A stretch of 64,000 bases of DNA, taken from the NCBI GenBank assembly GCA_034723395.1, contig JAYEOW010000029.1, positions 64,001 to 128,000 on the forward strand. The letters run 5' to 3'. The DNA comes from Candidatus Margulisiibacteriota bacterium. Its GTDB lineage: Bacteria > Margulisbacteria > WOR-1 > O2-12-FULL-45-9. The notes under the pieces were generated by a model. That model saw only the letters and a program-made list of their open reading frames with translations. It did no database searches and was not told the DNA's origin. Shown here piece by piece: positions 24,014 to 34,000 of this stretch (position 1 is its first letter; every line of letters starts with the position of its first letter). The position numbers were made by a program, and so were the translations under genes.

Positions 24014-24017
24014 CAAA

Positions 24018-24758
24018 ATGAACGATTTAGCAGTTATTATATTAGCAGCTGGTAAGGGGTCACGGATGAGATCGGACCTCCCAAAGGTGTTCCATGAGAT
24101 ACTGGGAGAGCCGATGCTTACCTATACCCTGGAATCGGTAAAAAAGCTCTCTCCGCAGCGGACGTTATTGGTGGTTGGCCATAAGCGGGAGCTGATTATG
24201 GATTATTATAAGGATTGGGAGCTAAAATTCGTCGTTCAGGATGAGCAATTGGGTACCGGACACGCGGTTATGCAGGCGAAGCCGTTCCTGGACGATTTTG
24301 ATGGGAGAGTCCTGATCGTAAACGGCGATGTTCCTTTGATCACTGATGTCACCCTCCGAAAACTGGTCGATTTTCATATCGAAAACAAGGCGGCGGCGAC
24401 CGATCTTACCGCGGTTTTGGATGATGCCGGAAATTACGGGCGAATTGTTCGAAAAGAGAATGGGGAGGTTGTTAAGATCGTTGAAAAAAAGGATGCCTCG
24501 CCCGAAGAGTTAAAGATCAACGAGATCAATACGGGCACTTTCTGTTTTAATAAAAAGGCTTTATATCTCGCTTTGGCTGAAGTCCGCGCCGAAAACGCGC
24601 AAAAAGAGTATTATTTAACCGATACGATCGAAATTTTACAGAAGAAGAACCTTCCGGTTTATGCGTTCCGTGCGGATGATCCAAATGAGACTTTGGGAGT
24701 TAATACCAAAGAAGAATTAGTTGGGATCGAAAAGATCCTTTTAAGCCGCGAAACGTAA
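24018..24758 (+). CDS. GlmU-like UDP-GlcNAc pyrophosphorylase, N-terminal domain only
   Basis: ILAAGKGSRMRS.LPK, QLGTGHAV, YGRIVR, EINTG, EYYLTD; no hexapeptide acetyltransferase domain. Confidence 0.85.
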   Translation: MNDLAVIILAAGKGSRMRSDLPKVFHEILGEPMLTYTLESVKKLSPQRTLLVVGHKRELIMDYYKDWELKFVVQDEQLGTGHAVMQAKPFLDDFDGRVLIVNGDVPLITDVTLRKLVDFHIENKAAATDLTAVLDDAGNYGRIVRKENGEVVKIVEKKDASPEELKINEINTGTFCFNKKALYLALAEVRAENAQKEYYLTDTIEILQKKNLPVYAFRADDPNETLGVNTKEELVGIEKILLSRET

Positions 24759-24771
24759 TTTCCCCAAAAGC

Positions 24772-24799
24772 TGAAATTTTTTCCTGAACTTTCCGAAAG
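24772..24799 (+). promoter_or_regulatory. Sigma-28-like promoter
   Basis: TGAAA-N15-TCCGAAAG, 9 nt before the ATG at 24809. Confidence 0.55.
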
Positions 24800-24808
24800 T
24801 TATTTGCC

Positions 24809-27800
24809 ATGTCACGTATAACAAAAAACAATGGTGGAAGAGCTGTGTTTCCTCGGGCAATAGCTCTTCATGCTAGAAGAGGATTGTTTAACGATCCAAC
24901 TGCGCGAAAATTCCTCAAGCCGATCTTAAAATTTTGGAAAACGGGCAGAATGGAGCCTTCCTCAAAAGATCTGTTGGCGGTTGAGCGGGAGGCAATTCTT
25001 ACGGTTGGAGTTGAAGCGGATTTGAGGAATCTGGCAACCTGCCGCCGAAAAGCCTTAGAAGGATTAGGGTCGAAAAACAGAGAAGAGTATATTAACTTAT
25101 TAATTTCCCTTGGCGCGTGTTACAGGAAAGAGGGGGAACTTGAGGATGCACAACGTCTGCTCCAGGGAATCAGCTTAGTAGAGCCGGGGAATTGGTTGGT
25201 AAAAGCAGAGTTGGGAATTGTTTGTGGATTGCGAGGAAAGTTAGAATTATCTGTCCGATATTTTAAAGAAGCAGACTCGGTCCTGGAAGCATATGATCGG
25301 GAATATGAGGTGGAGGTGGCGGAAAGATGGGAGGCAGCCTCTTTTCGAGCGCGTTTTGAGGCCTTACTTGCGATAGAAAATGATAAAGGAATTAGCCAAG
25401 CGCGACTCTCCGACATCCTTGCTCCGGTTTTAACTTTTCCCGAGGGATTGGAACTTAACGGTATCAAACAATTTTTTTACCAAAAGTTTGAGCGTGCATT
25501 TATCGCTTTGCTGCAAAGCAAAGCTCCGTTCGACCTGTTTTTTAACCTGTTTTATCGAGGAATAAAAGGAGAAAAAGATGGGGTGGCCGCAATGGCCTCG
25601 GGAGAGTGGCCGGTCGATGGGAATAGGCTGCTAAAAGAGAGCCAGATGGTTGTGCTTAAGGTGTTGACAAAAAGCGAGAGGGAGATTGATGCGGTCCAGT
25701 TGAAGGATTTATTCGGCGCCGAAAAAGATAGCAAATCGGCGATAACGGTTTATGTTCGGATGAGAGTGCGCGCACTATTAGGAAAGGGGCGGCTAGATGC
25801 CGCTTGTGTGCTTTGGCAGGAAGTCAAAAACAATAAATTGGTTTCTCCCGCCGTGTTGAAGGCCCTCCGTTCCGAATTGAGGGCTGGGGAAAAGAAGCTG
25901 CGGCAGGATGCGGTGATGGACCAGGCTTCGGAATTTCTGCGCCAATTGGAGTTTTTTCAGAAAGCCGGGAATGAAGAGAAACTGCTTAATGAGCATGGGA
26001 AGCTGGCGGACCAAGCTGCTAGATTGTTGGAGGTTGCCGAGGAAGAGACAAAGGATGCGGTAAGAGAAGCGTTGATCGAGTTTGTCGAGTTTAACCTCCG
26101 GACGGCAAAGACTTTGCAGGGAGCGGTCCTATTGGCAGACCGCCTGATCGAATTTGGAGATGAAATTGCGCAAGGAGTTAAAAAGATTTTTAATGAAAAG
26201 CTTAGCCATGATGGATCAAGAAAGCTTTTCATGGCGGGCCTGGCTAGCGCGAAGGTACAGGTGATCTCGCTTGGGACTATGCTGGCAAAGGGCAATATCC
26301 CGGTAGACGTTACATTTAAAGCTGTGAAAATTTCTAAGAAGAAGAGCCTAAAAATTCCCAATAACGCGGAGTTTAACAAAGTAAAAAGGTTCTTTGATTT
26401 CTTTTTTGTCCGTTTTAGAGAGCATCCCAGGATGCGGACAATGGCGGGAAAGATCGATGTCCCTTTTGCCGAGCCGATTAGCATGGAATCTTTCTGGTTT
26501 TGTTTTATGGCCGCTTTTGACAGCAACATCCATGACCGGACCCATACCTTTGAACTGGCGTTAAGGCTGGACCCAAATAATGTTGTTGCCAAAATGGAGA
26601 TAGCGCGCCAATATCTTGCCCTTAAACAGGCCGTCCGCGCTGAGAGGCAGATCGATGAGGTGTTGGAAAAACTTGATCACCCTGCCGGTGTTTTTAAGGC
26701 GCTTACCATTAAGATAATGGCGGTTTGCCAGAAGCTGGCTGCGGCTAATGTCCGGGGTGAGAGATTGGTTGGGATGGTTGGGGAAAATGAAAAGCTTTTT
26801 CAAAGAGCGGAAAGGGAATACGAAAAAATTGCTCCGGAGTTGCGCAGCTCGCCGCTGATTGCGGATGAACTGCGGGGGCTCAACCAGACCCTTGGACAGA
26901 TATATACGATGGCGCGTGATTTTGGTAAGGCAGTGGCCTATTACGACAAGACCTTGGAGAGCCGTCCGGGCGGCAAGGTCTATGAGTTGGCGATGCGGGC
27001 CAAAACCCATTCGCTTTTACTTGAAGGGAAATTTCCGCGGGCGGTCGACTTCTTGTCCCGTCAGATCGCGGAGCTGGCCAAGGACGTGAACCGCCCGATC
27101 CCGGCATCTTTGTATTTTTATTTCGCGGAGGCGATGTTCCATGTAAAATCGCACAAACACGCGCTGACCGCGATCAACCGCGCGCTCGGGATTAAAAAGA
27201 GGCTCGACCTCATACTTGCGAAGGTCCGTATATTGGCGGCGGCAGGGAAAGTTAGACAGGCGGAGATGATGCTTGATCTTTATGCCGGCCAGGATGCTCA
27301 AGAAACCGGCAAAAAGGGGGAAGAAGGTTCCAAATTTCTTAGGGGACTGCGTGCTTTAGCGGACGCGGAGATCTATCTGGCCAAGGATCGTCCGCAAGCG
27401 GCCATTAAAGCGTTTGAACTGGCGATCAAACTTTTTTCCGGTAATTACAATACGGAGTTTAGGGAGATAGAGTCGAGGTACTATCTGGTTAATCTTATTT
27501 CGCGGATGGCTGTGGAGGCCGGGAACCAAGGACTTGTCCGCCGCGCGGTCGAAGAGGGAGAGAAGCTTTTGCGAAAATATCCTTTTTTTCCGCCGGCCCG
27601 TCAAGTTATGGTTGGTCCGCTGATGATCTTCGGTAAAGAGTCGGAGGCGTTGGGGCACATCCAATGGCTGGTAAAGCAATCTGGCCGGGGGGTATCGAGC
27701 GATATCCTGGCAAACTTGATCATCAGCGTATTTTCGGAGAACGAGGCAATACAAGAAAAGGCGATTGCGCTCTTTGTCCAGGTAAGGAAGGATACGGCGG

Positions 27801-27928
27801 ATGAGGCGTTCCCGGGAATTTACAAAGCGGCTAAACAGGCGGTCAGATTAATTGCAGCGGACTGGAGCGAAATGCATGACCGGCGGCTGGACGATGTCCT
27901 GGCGGCGGATACTGCACCCAGGCAATAA
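24809..27928 (+). CDS. Large TPR-containing alpha-helical protein
   Basis: 1039 aa; TPR-like segments (LGACYRKEGELEDA, ALRLDPNN, LGQIYTMARDFGKAVAYYDKTL); basic N-terminus. Confidence 0.75.
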   Translation: MSRITKNNGGRAVFPRAIALHARRGLFNDPTARKFLKPILKFWKTGRMEPSSKDLLAVEREAILTVGVEADLRNLATCRRKALEGLGSKNREEYINLLISLGACYRKEGELEDAQRLLQGISLVEPGNWLVKAELGIVCGLRGKLELSVRYFKEADSVLEAYDREYEVEVAERWEAASFRARFEALLAIENDKGISQARLSDILAPVLTFPEGLELNGIKQFFYQKFERAFIALLQSKAPFDLFFNLFYRGIKGEKDGVAAMASGEWPVDGNRLLKESQMVVLKVLTKSEREIDAVQLKDLFGAEKDSKSAITVYVRMRVRALLGKGRLDAACVLWQEVKNNKLVSPAVLKALRSELRAGEKKLRQDAVMDQASEFLRQLEFFQKAGNEEKLLNEHGKLADQAARLLEVAEEETKDAVREALIEFVEFNLRTAKTLQGAVLLADRLIEFGDEIAQGVKKIFNEKLSHDGSRKLFMAGLASAKVQVISLGTMLAKGNIPVDVTFKAVKISKKKSLKIPNNAEFNKVKRFFDFFFVRFREHPRMRTMAGKIDVPFAEPISMESFWFCFMAAFDSNIHDRTHTFELALRLDPNNVVAKMEIARQYLALKQAVRAERQIDEVLEKLDHPAGVFKALTIKIMAVCQKLAAANVRGERLVGMVGENEKLFQRAEREYEKIAPELRSSPLIADELRGLNQTLGQIYTMARDFGKAVAYYDKTLESRPGGKVYELAMRAKTHSLLLEGKFPRAVDFLSRQIAELAKDVNRPIPASLYFYFAEAMFHVKSHKHALTAINRALGIKKRLDLILAKVRILAAAGKVRQAEMMLDLYAGQDAQETGKKGEEGSKFLRGLRALADAEIYLAKDRPQAAIKAFELAIKLFSGNYNTEFREIESRYYLVNLISRMAVEAGNQGLVRRAVEEGEKLLRKYPFFPPARQVMVGPLMIFGKESEALGHIQWLVKQSGRGVSSDILANLIISVFSENEAIQEKAIALFVQVRKDTADEAFPGIYKAAKQAVRLIAADWSEMHDRRLDDVLAADTAPRQ

Positions 27929-27970
27929 AGCGGCTGTTTACCTCGGGGCTCCGCTTATTTTAAAATAAAG

Positions 27971-27998
27971 TGAAATTTCCTGTGAATCAGCCCGATAA
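27971..27998 (+). promoter_or_regulatory. Sigma-28-like promoter
   Basis: TGAAA-N15-CCCGATAA followed by taatttGGAGG. Confidence 0.7.
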
Positions 27999-28019
27999 TA
28001 ATTTGGAGGCTGTTTAAAT

Positions 28020-28427
28020 ATGAGTGTAGTTAATTTAGCTATAACCGCTACGACTATTCATAGGGCGTTAGCTAAAAGAAAAATGTCTTATCCCTATTCG
28101 TGCCTTTTGAACCATCGTCTTTCGCCGACGATAAGGGCGCTGAAAAAATTGGCCAATATAGATCCGGTAAGATATACTGCCTATCAGGAGATGATTGATT
28201 TTCTGGTCAATATCGCGAAAAGCCAAAAAGTCAAGGTAAAGCTTACCTTGCATATTCCAGGCCTTGCCGCGTTACGGGTAATTGATGTGGAGAGATTGAT
28301 GGAAGATTCGGATGCCCGCAGGGATATTGTTAAACGTTGCTACCTCCCGACCAAAGGGATAATCGATCTCAGACCGCTGATTTTTATCAATAAATTATAC
28401 ACTCCAGGGATCAAGGCCGCGCTTTAA
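28020..28427 (+). CDS. Hypothetical basic protein
   Basis: 135-aa ORF with GGAGG RBS and its own promoter motif; no recognised family. Confidence 0.65.
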   Translation: MSVVNLAITATTIHRALAKRKMSYPYSCLLNHRLSPTIRALKKLANIDPVRYTAYQEMIDFLVNIAKSQKVKVKLTLHIPGLAALRVIDVERLMEDSDARRDIVKRCYLPTKGIIDLRPLIFINKLYTPGIKAAL

Positions 28428-28446
28428 ATATATTTGCTATTTTACC

Positions 28447-28474
28447 TGAAATTTTTGTTGTAACCCCACGATGA
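28447..28474 (+). promoter_or_regulatory. Sigma-28-like promoter
   Basis: TGAAA-N15-CACGATGA, 7 nt before the ATG at 28482. Confidence 0.5.
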
Positions 28475-28481
28475 ATGTTAT

Positions 28482-30344
28482 ATGGCTATTTACCAGCGTC
28501 CAGTATCAAGTGTTAAATTAGATCTTGGCCTGTTAGGGGTTAAAGGAAGGCTAATTACGCGGCATCGGCTTGCCCGCATGGAGAAGGGGGCTTATCGAGG
28601 GGTAATTGATTTAGTCAACCGTTTATCCGGCCAAACCGTTGTCGATCGATTAAAACTGGACCCTCCAGGCAAGCTTTCTGCTGGGACTTTAAAAGATATT
28701 CCGTTAGCTTTAGTTGCGGAAAAATTTGTAAGTGGAAGCAATGTCCAAACATTAGATCTGCGCGGGATCGAAAAGTTCTGGGCTAGAGAAGGGGCAGAGA
28801 GAGCAAAAAAACAATATCTCGGGGTTACTGCGGAACGGATAGAAGGGTTGTTTCCTGATCCGAAGACTTTACAGGTTGGCCACCTCTTGGATGTCCTTCT
28901 TGAAGAAAGACAGTATTTTGACCGCCTCGCTCGCGATCCGCAAGCAACGGTTGATAAAGTATTTAAAGCAATCGATCATGGAAAGGAGAAATTAGGATTC
29001 TTGAATGTTACTGTTTATCGCCCGATAGAGGATGGCAAGTGGGTGAGAACACAGCGGACCCGGCAATGGAGATCTTCTCAAACCTTAAAATATGATCCGG
29101 TAAAGGGAGGGGGTTTTCCGGAGACCACGCTAAAAAGTGTGATTGAAGGTGATAAATTGATCTATGACGTGATGATCAATGATCCAAAAACGTTTAGGCG
29201 TGAGGGGTTGGTGCCCGATTTTAGTTCGATCCGTAATGATCTAAAACAATCCAAGGGATCGGACCGGATGCTTTTTGTAAAATTGGTTTCAAGTTCGGGA
29301 GAGGTCGAAGGGGTGGTGCAGCTTCATAATCGGGTAAGTGTTGATGAGCCGATCGATTCGTTGCCTTTGCTGCCAAAAGAACCGCAAGACGCCCGCCGCA
29401 TCAAAACAGAATTGCTACTTTATTTTGATCAAGCGGTGCAGGCGATCGAAGCGATCAGGAATCGTGAAAGGTTAAGGGCTGCCGCTGTCTTCCCGGGCCA
29501 AGAGAGAAAAGATCCGACCGGAGAAGTTTATAGCCCGCTCCAATTTCACCGCTCAAGTGGTGACCCGGAACCGTATCTTGATCTAAAGATCGAGATCAAC
29601 CGGAGCCCATCGCTAAATTTTGAAAAGATCGAAGCCCGTGTAGTTGAACAGCTGACCGCGTTGGCCGAAGCTTGCGGCATTCTCCATATGAGTCCTGCGG
29701 AGATGCGGGAGCACGTCATACGGGTAAGCCGGGCAGAGATCGTGAGGAAAAAAGAGGAGATCGTCGGTTTTGGAACTTCACGGTATTTTGATAATTATGT
29801 TAACCATAAGGGGAAAAAAGAGACCTTAACCCTGCTTTGGGGGACGATGGTAAGGCCCGATATGCGCAGAAGGGGATTAATGATTAAGCTAAACTTTGAT
29901 CTGATCAAGGCGGCCAAAGAGGCGGTCCAACTTGCGATAACCGGTTTGTTCAAGAGTATAAGGCGGCTTTTTGTCCCGGCCCCGATCACGGTAAGGACTC
30001 AAAGTGTTGCCGTCCTTAATGCTTGTTCCCGGCATTTTAGCGGAGTAGCAAGAGTGGGGCAAACACCAAAAGATAGATATGGCCATATGACCAAGTTTGT
30101 TGCCGAACGGGAGAGCTGGGTGATCGATGGGAAGAATATCCAGCGAAATGCTTACGATCGGATGAGAGTTGATAGCAAAGGGGACCTGATCCCGGGATTG
30201 GGCCCTAATGATGCTTACGTCTTTTCGGGGGATTTTACCGCGTGGAAAGAATTTTTAACCTGGGTGGCGATTAAAATTATCTATCCAGCCAAATCTTGGT
30301 GGAAAAGGAAAGGTGGAAAAAAGAAGATCAGTTCTATTATTTAA
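28482..30344 (+). CDS. Hypothetical protein with a GAF-like region and a C-terminal GNAT-like region
   Basis: GEVEGVVQLHNR (GAF-like strand); EIVGFG...TMVRPDMRRRGLM (acetyl-CoA binding motif A-like). Confidence 0.55.
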   Translation: MAIYQRPVSSVKLDLGLLGVKGRLITRHRLARMEKGAYRGVIDLVNRLSGQTVVDRLKLDPPGKLSAGTLKDIPLALVAEKFVSGSNVQTLDLRGIEKFWAREGAERAKKQYLGVTAERIEGLFPDPKTLQVGHLLDVLLEERQYFDRLARDPQATVDKVFKAIDHGKEKLGFLNVTVYRPIEDGKWVRTQRTRQWRSSQTLKYDPVKGGGFPETTLKSVIEGDKLIYDVMINDPKTFRREGLVPDFSSIRNDLKQSKGSDRMLFVKLVSSSGEVEGVVQLHNRVSVDEPIDSLPLLPKEPQDARRIKTELLLYFDQAVQAIEAIRNRERLRAAAVFPGQERKDPTGEVYSPLQFHRSSGDPEPYLDLKIEINRSPSLNFEKIEARVVEQLTALAEACGILHMSPAEMREHVIRVSRAEIVRKKEEIVGFGTSRYFDNYVNHKGKKETLTLLWGTMVRPDMRRRGLMIKLNFDLIKAAKEAVQLAITGLFKSIRRLFVPAPITVRTQSVAVLNACSRHFSGVARVGQTPKDRYGHMTKFVAERESWVIDGKNIQRNAYDRMRVDSKGDLIPGLGPNDAYVFSGDFTAWKEFLTWVAIKIIYPAKSWWKRKGGKKKISSII

Positions 30345-30346
30345 CT

Positions 30347-31051
30347 ATGAAAATCAGCGGGCAAAAAATATTCTGGGGTACCTATTGGAAGATCTACCGG
30401 TCTTTGGCTGCAGTACGGCCCTATAAAAAAACGGTAGATCGGGGGATAAACCTGCTTGAGGTCAAAGATGGGGGACGTTATCTTGATCTTGCTTGCGGAC
30501 CGGGGATTACCAGCCGGAAGCTGAAAGACGCGGGCAGGAACTTGAGCGTGCTTGGCATAGATTCTTCTAAGTCGGGCCTGGCAATAGCGCGCGCGGATAA
30601 TCCCGATATCCATTTTGCGGTGGCTGATTTTAATATGCCTTTACCGATAAAATCCCGATCGATGGATGGCGTTTTTGCCAATAATGCTTTTTACCTGGTA
30701 AAAGACCCAGTAACAACGTTAGGCCGTATTCGCGATATTTTAAGGCCGGGCGGGATGTTTGTAATGTCAACGCCAAAAGAGGGGGCCAGGCCTTTTGCGA
30801 TCGTCAGGGAGCATTTAAAAGGGAGCAGGGGGATCTTCGAGCCCTTCAGGGTATTTGCCATGTTCTTAGCGTTCCTCCCGTTCCAGATCGCGCTCAAAGG
30901 CAGTGCGGGCGGAGCGGCAAATTTCTGGTCGCAAGAGAAATGGGAGGCAGTTTTAGAGGATGCCCGATTGAAGGGGATTGAATTTGAAGTTGTAGCGGCT
31001 GAACCATCGTACGCGGACCAGAATACAACCTTTGCCTTGCGTCGCACATAA
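30347..31051 (+). CDS. Class I SAM-dependent methyltransferase
   Basis: YLDLACGPG, VLGIDSS, ILRPGGMFV. Confidence 0.88.
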   Translation: MKISGQKIFWGTYWKIYRSLAAVRPYKKTVDRGINLLEVKDGGRYLDLACGPGITSRKLKDAGRNLSVLGIDSSKSGLAIARADNPDIHFAVADFNMPLPIKSRSMDGVFANNAFYLVKDPVTTLGRIRDILRPGGMFVMSTPKEGARPFAIVREHLKGSRGIFEPFRVFAMFLAFLPFQIALKGSAGGAANFWSQEKWEAVLEDARLKGIEFEVVAAEPSYADQNTTFALRRT

Positions 31052-31066
31052 TGTATAATTGATTCT

Positions 31067-34000
31067 ATGCTTGAATATCTGATTCAAGTGCAAAATTTTT
31101 TACTTTTGCTTGCCCTCGTTTTAAACCTCGGGTTAAGTAGCTTTATTTTTGCTAAAAACAGCAAAAGCGAGATCAACCGCTCATTTTCTGCCATGCTTTT
31201 TTGGACGGCGGTATGGGTGGTCAGTTTGTTGGTCTTTTTAAACTTAAAAAACGGCGATTGGATACTTTTCGTCCGCCGGCTGACCCCGGTAGGCGCGTCG
31301 ATCCTGGTGGGGTATTTTCTCTGCTTTGCGAAGGTATTTCCCAAAAGCGAAGGAACATGTCCCTGGCAAAAACGGATATTCATCTTAGCGCCGGGATACG
31401 TTTTTGCGGCTCTATCCGTGACCACTCCCTGGATGATCGCCGGGTTTTCCATTGGTGATCCGCGCTACCTTTTTCTGGGAAAGCCTAGCTTTGGGTTTTT
31501 GTATTTTGTCTGGGCGCTTTATTTTATAAGTTATTTTGTCTTGGCCTCATATATTTTATATAGCAAGTTTAAAGACAGCGAAGGTCGGCAGAAACTCCAG
31601 GTTTGGTATGTGTTGTTTGGAACGGTTTTGGCCGGAGGGGGGGGCGCTTCGTTAAGCTTGTTACTGCCGCTTTTTAAGGTCCCGCAATTTTTTACAATTG
31701 GTCCGTTGGCAGCCCTGATCCTTGCCGGATTTACCGCGTATACAATTATCAAGTATAGGCTGCTCCAGATAGAGGATTTTTTGACCCGGGGAGTATATTT
31801 AATTATCGGCTTAAGCGCAATAATCGGGACAATGGTCTTTATGATGACCGGCCAGGTTGCTTTTGTGCCGACCTTTATCCTGATCTTTGTCCAGGGCGTG
31901 CTGGGGTTCTTGATATATATACGCAACAATAAAAGCGAGATCAATCTCTCTTATTCAGCGATCGTCTTCTTCTTCGCTTTTTGGAATTACTATGCGTATC
32001 AGGTTACCCACCGGATATCGTCGGAGATGGTCTGGGCGGACAAGCTGATTTTTGTGGTGGCCTCTTTTCTGGTCGCCTTCTTTTTGCATTTTTCGAATGT
32101 CTTTCCCCGCGCGCGCAAAGGGTTTAGCAGTTTTAACCGGGCCTTGATATTTATCTTCCCGTTAATATTATCCGCGCTGGTGCCGTTTAACCTGATCATC
32201 AAGAATATCAGCATTGTGAACAATACGATCTTTCCGGTCTTTGGCCCGGCCTATCCGTTTTTTATGGTCTACGCGATCGCCTATGTGGGATTTGGATTAT
32301 TTAACCTGATCAGAAGTTCTCTTTCTTCGACCGGGATCGAAAAACTACAGGTCCGCTATGTCCTTTTTGGACTCTTTTCAAGTTCGACCTTAATCTTAGT
32401 TTCCAACCTTATCCTCCCCTGGCTGGGAGAAGCGCGGCTGGCCCCTTTTGGTCCGTTCTTTACCCTCTTTTTTGTCTTTGCAACTTCTTATGCAATATTA
32501 AAGCACAGGTTAATGAGCATTGAGATTATTGTGCAGCGCGGTTTTGTTTATGGGATCGTTACTGTAATTATTATGGCGCTTTATGCGCTGGCGGTGATCA
32601 TATCCGAAACCTTCTTGCGGCAGATAATGGGCTACAGCTCTCTTATAATTACTGCCGCAGCCGCGCTTTTGATCGCTGTCTTGTACCAGCCGATGATTAG
32701 GGCTTTTCAAGGGGGAACCGACCGTATCTTTTTCCGCGGCCGTTATGATTACCGCAAAACATTACGGGAGATCAGCCAACGGATAGCGTCGGTAATTAAG
32801 CTGGAAGAGCTTACCCAGCTGATTGTCTCCTCTTTTATTGATATGATGAAGATATCGGAAATATCTTTCTTATTATCAGATAAGGAGAAAGAGCACTTTC
32901 GCTCGGTGCCAATATCGCTGCCCCGCTACAACAAGATCGAGATTGATGTGGATAGCCCGATTGTCTCCTGGCTAAATTCGGCAAAGGATATCCTGGTGCG
33001 TGATGAGATCGAAGATGAGATCGGGAGGCAGGAGGCACTGGGAGAAGTTGGCAATATCCGCCGCCAGAGCTTGGAAGAAGTGCGGGATGAAATGGAACGG
33101 TTGGGGATTTCGGTCTGGGTCCCGATTATTTCTAAAGAAGAGTTGATCGGAATTATCGCCCTGGGGAACAAGCTCTCCGGAGATATTTTTTCAACCGAAG
33201 ACATTGGTCTTTTAAGCACCTTGGGAAACCAGACCGCGGTCGCGCTCGATAACGCGCGCCTTTATGACGAAGTTGTGAATATGAAGGACTATAACGAAGA
33301 GATCCTGCAATCGATGGTCACCGGCGTGATGACCGTTGATACGCGCGGCAAGATTGTCACTTTTAATTCGATGGCCGAAAGGATCACGGGGAGGAACCGG
33401 GAGGAGGTATTGGCGAAGGGTTGTGAAGATATTTGGGGGAGGAGGGGGACAATCCCGAATGTTATTGCCAATTCCCTTAAGGACCGATGTTATGTTAATT
33501 TCGAATCAAGTATCGCTTCTCCGGAAAGAGGATTAGTTCCGGTCGCTTTTACCTCAACCGTCCTGCGCGATCACCTAGGCAAAAAGATCGGCGCCCTCTT
33601 GACGGTCCGCGACCTGTCCGAAGTAAAAGAGCTTGAAGAAAAGGTCCGCCGGGCGGATAAGCTGACCGCATTGGCGACGATGTCGGCGGGGATGGCGCAC
33701 GAGATCAAAAATCCGCTCTCTTCGATGAAGGTCCTTTCCCAGCTGCTGCCTAAAAAATACGATGATATGGAGTTTAGAAAAAAATTCGAAGAGATTGTTC
33801 CCCGAGAAATTAACCGGATCGACCGGATTGTCGAGAGCCTGCTTAGTTTCGCGCGGGCGACCGCGCTAACTTTTGAAAAAGCGAATGTGAATGAGCTTTT
33901 AGAAGAGAATGCAAGATATTTCCAGGATCAAGCCAAGGCGGTTGATGTAAAGATAACAACAATTTATGCTGACCTTCCCGAGATCGAACTTGATAAAGGG

